From assembly GCA_965205505.1 (NCBI GenBank), contig CBDBHB010000009.1, forward strand, positions 2,528,001 to 2,592,000: 64,000 nt of DNA, given 5' to 3'. Under the pieces are notes generated by a model. That model was not told the DNA's origin and did not search any database. It saw nothing but the letters and a program-made list of their open reading frames with translations. Positions within the stretch are counted from its first letter, which is position 1. Every line of letters begins with the position of its first letter. Below, piece by piece: positions 19,131 through 30,177 of the stretch. Made by a program: the position numbers and the translations under genes. The stretch comes from Acidobacteriota bacterium. GTDB taxonomy: Bacteria; Acidobacteriota; UBA890; WLXD01.

Positions 19131-21884
19131 CTACGGCGAGCCGCCGCGCAACCGACTCGGGCGCAGCCGTATTCGGCGCAGCGATATCGGTTTTCGGTGA
19201 CCGGATTTACCTACGAGCACGTGGGCGCGCCGCGGCCCCACCCGTTCGGCGGCGGCACCCGGCCCGAGGCCGCGCATGCCGATCATCGCGTACCTGCTAA
19301 CCGAGTCCCCGGCGCTGAGCGAAGCGCCCAGGTCACGCAGTGCCGCCGCCACGACTGGCGACACTCGCAGCCCTACCGGGTAGCGAATGCCGAGGGCCAC
19401 CACGCCGCCTTCGGGCACCGAGTCGAGAAACGCGATGAGCTCGTCTTCCTGGAAGCTACCCGCAAGGAACGTGGCCTGATCGCGGACCTCGTCACCGCCA
19501 CTACCGAGGTCATAGATCTGGATGCCGAACTGGCTCATGGCGTCGCGCCACACGTCGTTGATTGCCAGGAGGATACTTCTGGCCTGTGCGTCGATGAGCA
19601 CGTCGGCGCGCAATCGACGCCCGCTGGTGCCGATCTCCGGTCCGGCAGCGGTGGCGTCGAGAACATAGCCGCTGTTCCACGACAGAGTCGCCGTACCGTC
19701 CGTGTCGAACTCTTCCGCATCGGGAACCGGCAACTCGAACCGGCGCCAATCAAGACCCAACTCGAGTTGCTGCTGCGGCGCGTCGCCCCACGCGACGTTC
19801 AGCACGGGCAAGCGATCCGCGGCCGGCGCTTCCACGCGCGCCTGAAAGACGATGGCGTTGGCGGCGCGCAGCTGTGATCGGGCGAAGCGACGGGACACCT
19901 CGTAGCCGGCGGCGTGGGCTCGTCGCACCTCGAACACCAGCACGTCGTCGAGGCGCTTCACCAGGGCCAGGTTGCGCCGATCGGCAAGCAGTCGAGGCGC
20001 CAGCTCGCGCTCGAAGTCATCGCCGTACTCGTTGCCATGGACGATCAGATAATCCACCGGGAAGCGGCGCCGTAGGGTTTCGAAGAACTCGTCGCTGAGA
20101 TCCCCCGTCCTCGTCAGCGCCTCCCAGGATGCCGGGGCGAAGCCACTGTAGCCGTTCACCAGCGGCAGGAAGTGCAGCGTCGAGCCGAGCATGTAGCGCA
20201 CGCCGCGGATCAGATCGCCGCGCGGCGGTAGCGGCGCGTGCACGACCGACGTGCCCTCCGGCTGCCCCGCCAGCCACACGTCGGTCGGCGATGCGGACGG
20301 CACCTCTACCGCCGGTAGCGGCCAAACCCGATACTCGAACAGCAGCGTCGCCGAGAGCAGCGCGACGGCGGCGACCCGCAGGCGACGCCAGGTTCCGATG
20401 GCCAGCCGTGCCCGGAGGAGCTCACGTCCCGCCGCCAGGCCGAAACCCACCATGGCAGCAAAGAACAGCATCCAGAGCAACCCGAATCGGCCGGCGGCCC
20501 GGATGCTGCGGTACGGCAGCGCCAGCTCGTGTAGAAGGCGATATGGCCCCATGCCCAGGTCGGTGTCCACGCCGGAGACAGTCGGCCCGAAGGCGAGAAG
20601 ATAGCTGATCAGCATCATGAACCCGAGGATGGCGTAGTGGGCCGCCGGCAATCGCAGCGCACGCCCCAACCGCAGCCACAGCCACACCGTTAGCGCCGCG
20701 GTGACGCCGAGCCACAACGATGGGTGCACCGTTTGGCAGAGAGCTAGAACCGGCTCGAACAACTGTGGGCGCGCCCCCCACTGCGCCACGAGAATCCCTG
20801 CCGCATGCAGTAGACCGAGCAGCGCGCTGAGGGCAAGCGACGCCCGCAGGGCCCAACCCCACCGCGCCGGCGACCGCTGACCGGCCACCGGGGACGCGGC
20901 GTCGAACCCCGGCCAGCGCTAGCGCAGCACCCGTGGCAGCAGCACGACGACACCGGCGATGAACAAGACCCAGGGCAGTACTCCGGCGAAGAAGTTGGCC
21001 TCGGTTCGGTAGTAGGTGGCGGTGAGGGCCCGCATATGGGGCGCCCGGTTGTGCCAACTAGGCGCGATGTAGGATTGGATTTGCGCGCCGCCGACCTGGC
21101 GCAGGCCGCGCTCGAAACCTTCGGCGTCACTAACCCACATGTACGGCAGACTGATGGGCACGACTAGGACCGCGGCGACGGCCACTGCGATGGCGGCGTC
21201 TTGCAGCATGCGGCGGCCGATGACGAGGTGCCCCGCCGCCCGACGGTGCACGAGCAGCAGCCCGGTGTAGATGATCGCGAACGGCAGGAACATGAGCCCG
21301 AGGTAGATCCCCGACAGGTACTGCAAGCCGAACAGGCCGCCGGCCGCCACGGCGTATCGTCTTCGGCCGGTGTCGAAGTACCGAGCGATGGCAAGTAGCG
21401 TGAAGGGGATCCACTGACCGGTGAGTAGCTGCAGGTGGGCCAAGTGGTCGAACTTGACCGGGGCGAAGGCCCAGATGGTACCGGCGACGAGCCCTGCGAA
21501 TAGGTTGCCGGAGATCGCCCGCACCCACAGGGCAGTCGCAACGCCGGAGAGCAGAAACGAGGCGAACAGCACGACGTTGTACGCTAGCAGCGGCTTGCCC
21601 CACCAGTTCAGCGGCGCCACGGGGATGGCGGAGCCGAGCATGTTCTCCGAAAACGCCAATGTGCGTTCGTGCGGAAAGAAGATGTTGGCGTTGAACAACT
21701 CCAGCGGCTTGTGCAGGATGGCGTGCGCATCCCAGGCCAGGATCCAGGTGTTCAGTGCCGTATCCCGGAGCTCGTTAAGCATCGAGTCGGGTCGTGTCCA
21801 GATCGGATACGTGAAGAGCAGCGACAGCAGAAAGAAGAACGCGACGATCAGAAAAACGTGCCCGTGATCACCTGGCTTGCGCAC
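19131..21884 (-). pseudogene. GT-C/YfhO-like membrane glycosyltransferase with C-terminal ILEI/PANDER-like domain, interrupted by in-frame TAG at 20919-20921
   Basis: ORFs 20919..21884 and 19131..20888 share one frame; NTWILAW, FNANIFFP..TLAFSE, HLQLL, LAFGP, IRA.GRF and LVNGYSGF.P motifs belong to one continuous family protein. Confidence 0.8.
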
Positions 21885-22107
21885 GTCGCGTTACTCCGGT
21901 CGCGGAGCACCTTCGCCCCCGTGTCGGCGAACCCGGGTCGAGCGGTGGACGCGCGGGGGCCGTATGCTATTCGGATCGCCCCGGCCGGCCCGTGCCCGAC
22001 CAGGGCGCCAGGCGGCCGTCGGCACGACGACTCGAGGGCAAGACCGGGCCACCGGACAGGTGCTTGGTCAGGCCCGTGAGACAGGATATCAGGCTGTGCT
22101 GTTTTAG

Positions 22108-22875
22108 GTGATCCCAGTCTACAACGAGCGCGCAACGATCGAGGAGCTCCTGCGTCGGGTGCAGGCGTCGCCGATCCCGAAGGAGGTGGTGCTCGTCGAC
22201 GACGGCTCCACCGATGGCACGCGGGAGCTCCTGGAGCTTCTCGCTACCGACGCCGAGGCGTCTCGCTCCGCCGCGGACGAAAGCTCCCAACGCGCTACGG
22301 TGGGCGACGGTTCGGGCCGAGCTGAGGCGCCGCGCGAATGGCGATTCGATGTCAGCAACATCCGCGTGCTGTTCCACGATCACAACCAGGGCAAGGGTGC
22401 CGCGCTCCGCACCGGCTTCGGACTCGCGCGCGGCGACGTTATCCTCATCCAGGACGCCGACCTGGAGTACGACCCGCAGGATTACGATCGGCTGCTGCAA
22501 CCGATTCGCGACGGGCTTGCCGACGTGGTGTTCGGGTCGCGCTTTCACGGCGGCCCGCACCGCGTGCTGTACTACTGGCACTCGGTCGGCAACTGGGTGC
22601 TGACGACGCTGTCGAACATGCTGACCAACGTCAACCTCGGCGACGTGTGGACCTGCTACAAGGCCTTCAAGGCCGACGTGCTGCCGCATCTACGCCTCAC
22701 CGAGGATCGATTTGGCTTCGAGGTCCAGATCACCGCCGATGTGGCCCATGCCAAGCTGCGCATCTACGAGGTGCCGATCTCCTACCACGGGCGCACCTAC
22801 GAGGAGGGCAAGAAGATCACCTGGCGCGACGGCATCAAGGCCCTCTGGCAGACGCTACGACACAATCTGCGCTAG
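22108..22875 (+). CDS. GT2 polyprenol-phosphate glycosyltransferase
   Basis: IPVYNE, VDDGSTDGT, NQGKGAA, QDADLEYDP, FGFEV, GKKI.WRDG; an in-frame TAG (22105-22107) immediately precedes the start. Confidence 0.88.
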   Translation: MIPVYNERATIEELLRRVQASPIPKEVVLVDDGSTDGTRELLELLATDAEASRSAADESSQRATVGDGSGRAEAPREWRFDVSNIRVLFHDHNQGKGAALRTGFGLARGDVILIQDADLEYDPQDYDRLLQPIRDGLADVVFGSRFHGGPHRVLYYWHSVGNWVLTTLSNMLTNVNLGDVWTCYKAFKADVLPHLRLTEDRFGFEVQITADVAHAKLRIYEVPISYHGRTYEEGKKITWRDGIKALWQTLRHNLR

Positions 22876-23112
22876 CGGCGGTGCGGCAGCCTGAATCATG
22901 AACCCGGATTCCACCTTAGCTGTGACCAAAACCTGTCCAAAGGATGGGGTCCATCTCTACCCACAAGCCCGAGTCTTTCTCGTTTTCGACGAACCAGAGT
23001 TGGGGTATAGCTCAACTGCCGATTCTATGAGTTACGAAGTGGCCCAAACACTTGGGGCAGGTCAGAACCATGTGATCGGTAGCGTCTTCCGCTTCTTCGG
23101 CGAGCCCATGTC

Positions 23113-25140
23113 ATGACAAACGAGTTGCCATACGGGGACGCGGCCGCGGGCGGCACGGCATGCAGCTCGCTCTTGGCCGCGGCGAGCGTCGCCTCATTCG
23201 CCTACCTCGGCTGGCTCCTCTCAAACTCGCCGGAGATCAGCAAACAGAGCGTGTTTCTCTCTGGGATCGTGGTCTGGTTGACATGGTGCGCCTGGGCGAT
23301 CGCGCGGTTTCGTCCGGTCGGACAGCGGCTCGCGTTCTTCAGAGAGTACGCCGACGTTCACGTCTTATTGATCGTCCTGATTTACGGCTTTGCGGTGCTG
23401 CGGATGTCGCCGATCGGTATCACGAGCGACGGCGGCCTTTACTTCGGCTACCTTCGAAGCCTCGTCTTTGACGGCGACCTGCAGATCGGGCCTGAGCTCG
23501 AGTTCTTGCGGCAGACGGGGCGGCATCATTACGTGGTGCCCATCGGGCCAATGGCCGTCTGGGCGCCGCTTTACCTGGCCGTCTATCTGGTCGACACCAT
23601 CGCCCGTGTTCTCGGGTGGTCAGCTCCCCCGGCGTCGGCTGTAGAGCTCGGTCTAACTGGACCCTACGTGAGAGCGGCCTTATTCACCTCGTTCTTACTT
23701 GCGGCAGGCGGCCTTGTCGTCATGCACCTACGGCTGCGGCGCGAATTCCCACGGCTCACCGCCCTGACGGCAACGCTGCTCCTCTATGCGGGGACGACGC
23801 TTCTCTTCTACACGATCTACGAACCCTCCCTACCACACCCGGCTTCGTTCGGGCTCGCGGCGCTGTTCGTCGTGTACTCAGAGAGGCTGACGAGGGACCG
23901 CTCCCTCACCGGTCGAGACGCGATCTTGCTCGGGGGCCTCTATGGGCTAATGTGCGTCGTCCGGCCCCAGAACGCCCTCTTCATTGTCTTCCCCATTGCG
24001 TGGCAAAGCCGTGCTCTTGAGAAGCGCCTCTGTCTGCGCCCGGTACTCCTCTTCGCCCTCGGAGCCGCTCCTTTCGCCCTGCTGCAGGGGGCCATGGCCT
24101 ACGCGTTGCTGAGCCAACAGTCCTACTCGCTTCTAGGGGAAGGAGGGTATCTCCGGCCGTGGGATTCCCACTGGCTAGATGTGTTGTTCTCGTCCTGGCA
24201 CGGCCTCTTCTCCTGGACGCCGATCGCCTACGTCGCTTTTCTCGGAACCCTCCTGTACTGGCGCCGCAACCGACGCTGGTCGACCGCTGCACTCGCTGTT
24301 TTCGCGGCGATGTGCTGGGTGAATGGCAGCGCGGAGGATTGGCACGGATCGTGGGCTTTCGGGGCTCGCCGGTTCACCAGTACACTCGTGGTGCTCGCAC
24401 CCGGTCTGGCAGCGGCGGTCGCACTCGTGCGAAAACGCCCGATGCTGCTGATTGCCCCGGTAGCGGGCTTCGCGGCTCTGTGGAACTTCTATCTGATGGT
24501 GCAGTGGAACAAGGATTACATCCCGCGAGAAGCGCCGGTGTCATTCGAGAGAATCGCGGTACAGCAGGTGAGGTTCTTCTTTCAAGACTACTTCTATCCG
24601 TTCGTGTTCCCCGCCAACGTCGTATTCTCGTGGCGCGAAGGCTTGCCCTTGGATCGCTACGATCACTTGGCAGCGATTACTCAGACCTTCGGCGTCGGCT
24701 TCGACGCCGGGGCACGCGAATACCTGCTAAACGGATGGAGCCCCGTCAGGACCGATACTGCCGGCTCATTCCGGACCATGACCGCGGAAGAGGCCGTCGT
24801 GATCATCCCGCTCCGACCACCCACAGACCGCGTCGGAACCGTGGTCCTGGAGATCCGCGGCCGCGCGCTGTTGCCCGCGAGCGGTGAGGTGATACTGGTC
24901 GCTGTCGAGGTCGCAGAGCAACCCGTGGGCCGGATTGCGTTCGGCGAAGGGACCTTCGCTCATCGGCTACTGACACCTGCAGCTGCCTGGCGCACAGGGC
25001 TCAATCGCTTGACGATACGTCGCCTTGGGACCCTAAGAGGGCCGGCAAGCGAGGCTCTTCCGGGCTCAGCGGATCCGCTGCCTGCGCCCTCCGGAGAGGA
25101 TGGAGGCGTCGCCGTCTACAGCATCTGGGCGGGGAGCTAG
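23113..25140 (+). CDS. GT-C-like multi-pass membrane glycosyltransferase
   Basis: SDG..YFGYLRSLVFDGDL, LFSSWHGLFSWTP, W.GS.AFG.RRF; periplasmic C-terminal domain. Confidence 0.75.
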   Translation: MTNELPYGDAAAGGTACSSLLAAASVASFAYLGWLLSNSPEISKQSVFLSGIVVWLTWCAWAIARFRPVGQRLAFFREYADVHVLLIVLIYGFAVLRMSPIGITSDGGLYFGYLRSLVFDGDLQIGPELEFLRQTGRHHYVVPIGPMAVWAPLYLAVYLVDTIARVLGWSAPPASAVELGLTGPYVRAALFTSFLLAAGGLVVMHLRLRREFPRLTALTATLLLYAGTTLLFYTIYEPSLPHPASFGLAALFVVYSERLTRDRSLTGRDAILLGGLYGLMCVVRPQNALFIVFPIAWQSRALEKRLCLRPVLLFALGAAPFALLQGAMAYALLSQQSYSLLGEGGYLRPWDSHWLDVLFSSWHGLFSWTPIAYVAFLGTLLYWRRNRRWSTAALAVFAAMCWVNGSAEDWHGSWAFGARRFTSTLVVLAPGLAAAVALVRKRPMLLIAPVAGFAALWNFYLMVQWNKDYIPREAPVSFERIAVQQVRFFFQDYFYPFVFPANVVFSWREGLPLDRYDHLAAITQTFGVGFDAGAREYLLNGWSPVRTDTAGSFRTMTAEEAVVIIPLRPPTDRVGTVVLEIRGRALLPASGEVILVAVEVAEQPVGRIAFGEGTFAHRLLTPAAAWRTGLNRLTIRRLGTLRGPASEALPGSADPLPAPSGEDGGVAVYSIWAGS

Positions 25141-25165
25141 CTTGGTCGCGCAGTTAACTTGACAG

Positions 25166-25310
25166 TGCCCGACGTAGCCTCCTTCATCGGCGGCAGCGCC
25201 TGCTTGGTGGCGGTCGCCCTGGTGGCATGCCTGATCCCGGCGCTGCGAGCTATGCGTGTCGACCCCCAGGAAGTGCTGCGGGTCGAACAACGGACAGCGG
25301 CTGCCCACTG
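25166..25310 (+). pseudogene. Extreme C-terminal remnant of a second MacB/FtsX permease
   Basis: Translates as VPDVASFIGGSACLVAVALVACLIPALRAMRVDPQEVLRVE. Confidence 0.7.
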
Positions 25311-25340
25311 ATACGGATCATCAAACGCGCTGTGTCGCTT

Positions 25341-26072
25341 CTACTGCCGCACCATGGGGACGAACCGCACCTGGATGACGTGCTCCTGACGCACCTCTCC
25401 CTCATCGGTCTTGCGCAACAAAACCAGTTGCTGCACTCCGCCCTGGGGACCGACCGGTAACACCATCCTTCCCCCGGTGCGGAGCTGCTCAACCAGCGCC
25501 GCGGGGATCTCTGCCGGAGCAGCCGTCACGATCACCTTGTCGAACGGCGCCTCGTCGGGCCAACCCAGGTACCCATCGCCGTGGCGAACGTGGACGCGAT
25601 CGTAGCCGAGCTCACCGAGCAGCGCGGTCGCCGAGGCTGCCAGCTCCGAAACGATCTCGATGGTGAATACCTCCGAGCCCAGCTCGCCGAGCACGGCGGC
25701 CTGGTAGCCGGAGCCGGTACCGATCTCAAGCACGCGGTCGGTGGGTTGCGGATCGATCAGCTCGGTCATCAACGCTACGATATAGGGCTGCGAGATGGTC
25801 TGGTCGTAGCCGATCGGTAGCGGGTGGTTGGCATAGGCGAGGTGGCGGACGCCGTGCGGCACGAAGCGCTCTCGTGGTACGCGATCGAGCGCCTCGAGCA
25901 CAGCATCGCTCTCGATGCCCTGATCCCGTAGCTCCCGCAGCAAGGCAGCTCGCTCGACCGCGAGAGGCTCATCTTCTTGCTGACCTCCGGCGCGCCCTGC
26001 CTCGGCATCGGCTCGGCACCCGGCCGCCACCGCCGCGATCAATGTCAGCAGCAGGCACACCACCGCTCGCAC
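25341..26072 (-). CDS. pcm: Protein-L-isoaspartate O-methyltransferase (start uncertain)
   Basis: VPRERFVP, PLPIG..QTISQPY, LEIGTGSGYQAA, GDG..GW...APFD.IIVTAA, VRFVPM. Confidence 0.92.
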   Translation of the reverse strand: MRAVVCLLLTLIAAVAAGCRADAEAGRAGGQQEDEPLAVERAALLRELRDQGIESDAVLEALDRVPRERFVPHGVRHLAYANHPLPIGYDQTISQPYIVALMTELIDPQPTDRVLEIGTGSGYQAAVLGELGSEVFTIEIVSELAASATALLGELGYDRVHVRHGDGYLGWPDEAPFDKVIVTAAPAEIPAALVEQLRTGGRMVLPVGPQGGVQQLVLLRKTDEGEVRQEHVIQVRFVPMVRQ

Positions 26073-26453
26073 GTCTCGAGTGGCTGTCTTTCGACGAGCC
26101 TCGTTGTGGTGTCGGATGCGGTTTCGTCGGCGCGTCACGGGAAGGTCGACCGTTGACCATCGAATCATGGGCAGCTCGGCTGACCTGCCCCAAGTGTTCG
26201 AGCCACTTCGTAACCCATTGAATCGGTGCTGACAAGAGGTTGTTGGAGCCGGCGGAACGGAGACCCCCACGGGGTGGCCCCGAACCGCCAGCCCAACGGC
26301 CCCGTCACGGGGAATCAAACTCGCGACGGATTGTCTCGAACGGACACCCCGAAGCCCACCCGCAATAGAAACGCCTTCGGGGCATCTTTTGCGGTCGCGG
26401 AAAGTGTAAAGAATTGTCAGCTTCCGCCAAGATCCCAGACGAGATCGGGCTGG

Positions 26454-28646
26454 CTACGTGCCTCTCGGCAAGCCGTTGGGTACGAGCGGCAAAGCACGCA
26501 GACGGACGCCGGTGGCGTCGAAGATCGCGTTACCCACGGCCGGAGCGATACCCACAATCGGTGTCTCTCCGGCTCCTGCAGAGGGTAGATCCGGGCGATC
26601 GACAAGAATCGTCTCGATCTCCGGTACGTCGCTGAAACGCGGTACTCGGTAGTCGGAAAGGCGCGGGTTCAGGATGCGGCCGTTGTCGAAGCGAATGGCC
26701 TCGAAAAGCGCCCCGCCGAATCCCTGCACCAGGCCGCCTTCGACTTGACCGCGAAGGTGCGACGGATTGACGATCGCGCCGCACTCGAACGCTTGGACGG
26801 CTCGTAGAATGCGAACGTCGCCGGCCGACCCCACCTCGACCTCGGCGCAGCAGGCGACGTAGCCGCCTTTCTCGGTGCCGATGCCGATGCCGGCGCCGCG
26901 CCCTGGCGCCATCGAGCGGCCGGCCCAACCGAACGCGTCGGTCGCGGCGACTAGAACGTCGCGAAGTCGGCCGGCATCGAGATTGCGCAGCCGCATCTGC
27001 AACGGGTCGATACCGAGTGAGGCGGCAAGCTCGTCGATGGCGGTTTCGCGAGCGAAGACGTTGGCAGTTGCGGCCAGCCCGCGATAGGAGCCCTGCCGCA
27101 GCGGGTAATCGGTACGGTGGAAGTAGATGCCGCGGTTGACGACCTGATACGGAATCGCGATGGCAGAGGTGCCGGAGTTGTAGTTGTGAAACTCCCAGGC
27201 CGTAAGCGTCCCATCGGCCGCGGCGGCGGCCCTGACGTCGATGACGCCGGCCGGGCGGAAATAGGCCCAGGTGAACTCCTCCTCTCGAGTCCAGACCACA
27301 CGAACGGGCCTACCTGCCGCCCGTGCCAGGCGCGCCGCCTCGACAGCGGCCTCGCCGGTGTGCTTGCCGCCGTATCCCGATCCAGTGTCGGGCATGATCA
27401 CTCGCACCCGCGCTTCCGGCAAACGGAAGGCCTCCGCGAGCTCGGTGCGAACGCCGAACGGTCGCTGGGTACCCGTGTGAACCGTCAGGCCGTGCTCATT
27501 CCATGAGGCTACCGCGGCGCGGGGCTCCAGCGGCACGTGCTGGATGTAGGCGACCTCATACGTAGCCTCCAACGTCACCTCGGCGTTCTCGAACCCCTGC
27601 TCGAGCGAGCCTTCGACATCACGGCGCGAGCGCCCGAAGCCGCCTTCTTGCGACTCCTCGGTGACCTGAGTGCGCAGGTAGTCGAATAGCTCCCGATCAC
27701 CCGGCTGAGCTGACGACGACCATTCCACATCGATCGATGCAAGGGCCGCCTCTGCATCACTCAGCGTTCGGGCCGCAACTCCGACGAAGTCGCCGTCGTG
27801 GACGACGGTTACGCCCGTCATGGCCTCGGCCGCGGTAACGTCGATGCGGTTCAAGATGCCGTTGAGAGCCGTCGGTCGCAGCACCTTGCCGTGAAGCATG
27901 TCCGGAAACGTCACGTCGGATGGGTACAGGTGCTGGCCGGTGACGAACGCTCTGCCGCCCACCTTGGGCGCCGGAGTGCCGGAGACCGTCCAGCGAGTCG
28001 GGTCGGTCACAGCCTCGTCGTCGCGTACCGTCCGGAGGATCTCCCGTCCGCCCGTTAGCTCTCCGAAGCCCAAGCTGCGGCCGGAGGCGTCGTGCGCGAC
28101 CCGGCCGGCGGCCAACTCCAGATTCGTGGCGTCGATATTCAGCTGCTCAGCCGCCAGACCGAGCAGCGTTGCCCGCGCCGCCGCCGCCACCTTGCGGAGG
28201 TGAGACGACATGATCGGCGTGGTGAGGCTGCCAAACGTGCCCCGGTCGTAAGGCACCCGATCGGTATCGCCCATCACGAGTCGGACCGCGTCGGCGGGTA
28301 CGCGTAGCTCCTCACATACTGCCTGGGTCAGCGAAGTGCGGATGTTCTGACCTACCTCGACCTTGCCGGTATAGACGGTGACGGCGCCGGCCTCGTCGAT
28401 GTGCAGCCAGACGGCGACGTCACGCGGGAGCTCACCGCGCCGGCTGGCACGGCCAGATTCCTGTGCCTGCGAATCGCCTCCTAGCAAGAGCGCCACGGCG
28501 ACCCCGCCGCCGAGTACGCGGAAGACCTCCCGGCGGTCGAGAGCGAAGGCGCGGGCGGGGCGCTCCTCGAGCTCGTAGCGCTCGGGCTCCACGGGGGGAG
28601 TCGCGATCGGCTCGACGTCGGCAGGTTGTCGTGTCGTGCCGCTCAT
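26454..28646 (-). CDS. Xanthine dehydrogenase family molybdopterin subunit (IorB-like) with Tat-like motif
   Basis: DRREVF, GKVEVGQ, GTFGS, LEPR, GSGYGGK, GAGE.P. Confidence 0.88.
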   Translation of the reverse strand: MSGTTRQPADVEPIATPPVEPERYELEERPARAFALDRREVFRVLGGGVAVALLLGGDSQAQESGRASRRGELPRDVAVWLHIDEAGAVTVYTGKVEVGQNIRTSLTQAVCEELRVPADAVRLVMGDTDRVPYDRGTFGSLTTPIMSSHLRKVAAAARATLLGLAAEQLNIDATNLELAAGRVAHDASGRSLGFGELTGGREILRTVRDDEAVTDPTRWTVSGTPAPKVGGRAFVTGQHLYPSDVTFPDMLHGKVLRPTALNGILNRIDVTAAEAMTGVTVVHDGDFVGVAARTLSDAEAALASIDVEWSSSAQPGDRELFDYLRTQVTEESQEGGFGRSRRDVEGSLEQGFENAEVTLEATYEVAYIQHVPLEPRAAVASWNEHGLTVHTGTQRPFGVRTELAEAFRLPEARVRVIMPDTGSGYGGKHTGEAAVEAARLARAAGRPVRVVWTREEEFTWAYFRPAGVIDVRAAAAADGTLTAWEFHNYNSGTSAIAIPYQVVNRGIYFHRTDYPLRQGSYRGLAATANVFARETAIDELAASLGIDPLQMRLRNLDAGRLRDVLVAATDAFGWAGRSMAPGRGAGIGIGTEKGGYVACCAEVEVGSAGDVRILRAVQAFECGAIVNPSHLRGQVEGGLVQGFGGALFEAIRFDNGRILNPRLSDYRVPRFSDVPEIETILVDRPDLPSAGAGETPIVGIAPAVGNAIFDATGVRLRALPLVPNGLPRGT

Positions 28647-29173
28647 CGCTCCTTCTCGGGTACCGTTTCAGCCACAGATTGGATCGCCGCAACGATGCTT
28701 CGATAGACGCCGCAGCGGCAGATGTGGCCTTCCATGCGGCGGGCGATCTCACGACGTGACGGGTTCGGGTCACGTCGTAGCAGCGCCACGCCCGACATGA
28801 TCATTCCCGAGGTGCAGTAGCCGCACTGCAGCGCGTCCTGTTGGAGGAACGCCTGCTGCAATGGGTGCAGCCGGCCAGCCTGGGCGAGACCCTCGATCGT
28901 CGTGATCGCCCGGCCGGCAACATCGCCAACGGCGATAATGCACGATCGGCGCGGCGTACCGTCGACCAGCACGGTGCAGGCGCCGCACTGACCCTCGCCA
29001 CAGCCGTAGTGGCTTCCGGTGAGGCCCAGGTCGTCGCGCAACACCCACAGCAGCGGCTGGCGCGCATCGACATCCAGGGGAACGTCGGCGCCGTTTACGT
29101 TGATCGCCCCGACCCGTCGAGTCGATGACGTCGGCTCCGCTCCGCCGTTTTCCCCGCCAAGCGCGCTTTTCAT
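28643..29173 (-). CDS. (2Fe-2S) small subunit (IorA/CoxS-like)
   Basis: GCGEGQCGACTV, QCGYCTSG, CRCG. Confidence 0.92.
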   Translation of the reverse strand: MKSALGGENGGAEPTSSTRRVGAINVNGADVPLDVDARQPLLWVLRDDLGLTGSHYGCGEGQCGACTVLVDGTPRRSCIIAVGDVAGRAITTIEGLAQAGRLHPLQQAFLQQDALQCGYCTSGMIMSGVALLRRDPNPSRREIARRMEGHICRCGVYRSIVAAIQSVAETVPEKER

Positions 29174-29237
29174 ATCACAGAGGCTACCGCTGTGGCTCGG
29201 TCCTCAACAAGGGACTCGCTAGCAATCCGATCTCGAG

Positions 29238-30023
29238 TCAGCGGCCCTTCCAGACCGGATCGCGCTTTTCGACAAACGCCTGCGCACCCTCGAGCTGATC
29301 TTGGCTGGCGTAAAGCACGTCGATAGTGCGCAACTGGCGTCCGTTGAGGCGGTTCATGGCGTCCTGGAAGCGCATGTCCTCAGACTCGCGTACAATTTCT
29401 TTGATAGCGGCGTAGACGAGGGGAGGGCCGGATTCGAGCAGCCGGGCAACCTCCCAGGCGCGAGGCATCAGCTGTTCCGCCGCGACGACCTCGTTGATGA
29501 GGCCCCAGCGATGGGCCTCGTCCGCATCCAGCCACCGACCCGTAAAAAGCATCTCCATGGCGATATGGTAGGGGATGCGTTTTGGGAGCTTCACGGAGGC
29601 GGCATCGGCCACAGTACCCGAGCGAATTTCTGGCAGCGCAAAGGTGGCGTGATCGGCGGCGATGAGAATGTCGCCGGAGATCGCCAGCTCCAGGCCGCCA
29701 CCGCAGCAGATGCCGTTGATGGCGCTGATGATCGGCTTGTTGAGATCGCGGAGCTCCTGGATACCGCCGAAACCGCCGACACCGTAGTCGCAGTCGACCG
29801 GATCGCCGGCCGCTGCGGCTTTCAGATCCCAACCGGCGCAGAAGAACTTCTTGCCTCCGCCGGTAACGATCGCGACTCGCAGGTCGGGGTCGTCGCGGAA
29901 GCTGGCGAAGATCTCGCCCATCGCTTGGCTGGTGGCTTGGTCGATCGCATTTGCCTTGGGGCGGTCCAGGGTAACTTCAAGCACACCGCCTTCGCGGCGG
30001 GTGCGGATCGGGTTATCGGTCAT
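29238..30023 (-). CDS. caiD: Carnitinyl-CoA dehydratase (crotonase family)
   Basis: TLDRPKANAID, FFCAGWDLK, YGVGGFGG, KLPKRIPYHIAMEML.TGR, DQLEG..AF.EKRDP.WKGR. Confidence 0.82.
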   Translation of the reverse strand: MTDNPIRTRREGGVLEVTLDRPKANAIDQATSQAMGEIFASFRDDPDLRVAIVTGGGKKFFCAGWDLKAAAAGDPVDCDYGVGGFGGIQELRDLNKPIISAINGICCGGGLELAISGDILIAADHATFALPEIRSGTVADAASVKLPKRIPYHIAMEMLFTGRWLDADEAHRWGLINEVVAAEQLMPRAWEVARLLESGPPLVYAAIKEIVRESEDMRFQDAMNRLNGRQLRTIDVLYASQDQLEGAQAFVEKRDPVWKGR

Positions 30024-30177
30024 GGTGTTCCTCGATCTGATCATCGCTTCGTTACCGAGACGGCTCGCGGCAGTCTGTCACATGTTCTGGCGGTGCTGGC
30101 CCAGACCGCCGCGGGCCGTTGCGAGCGCGAGCTCGCGGCACTATGTTGCGATCTTCTTCTCTACCTGGGAGCCACCG

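Noticed and set aside
22240-22360. About 30-aa insertion in the GT2
   Set aside because: In-frame, low-complexity loop at a variable position with no intein or repeat signature.
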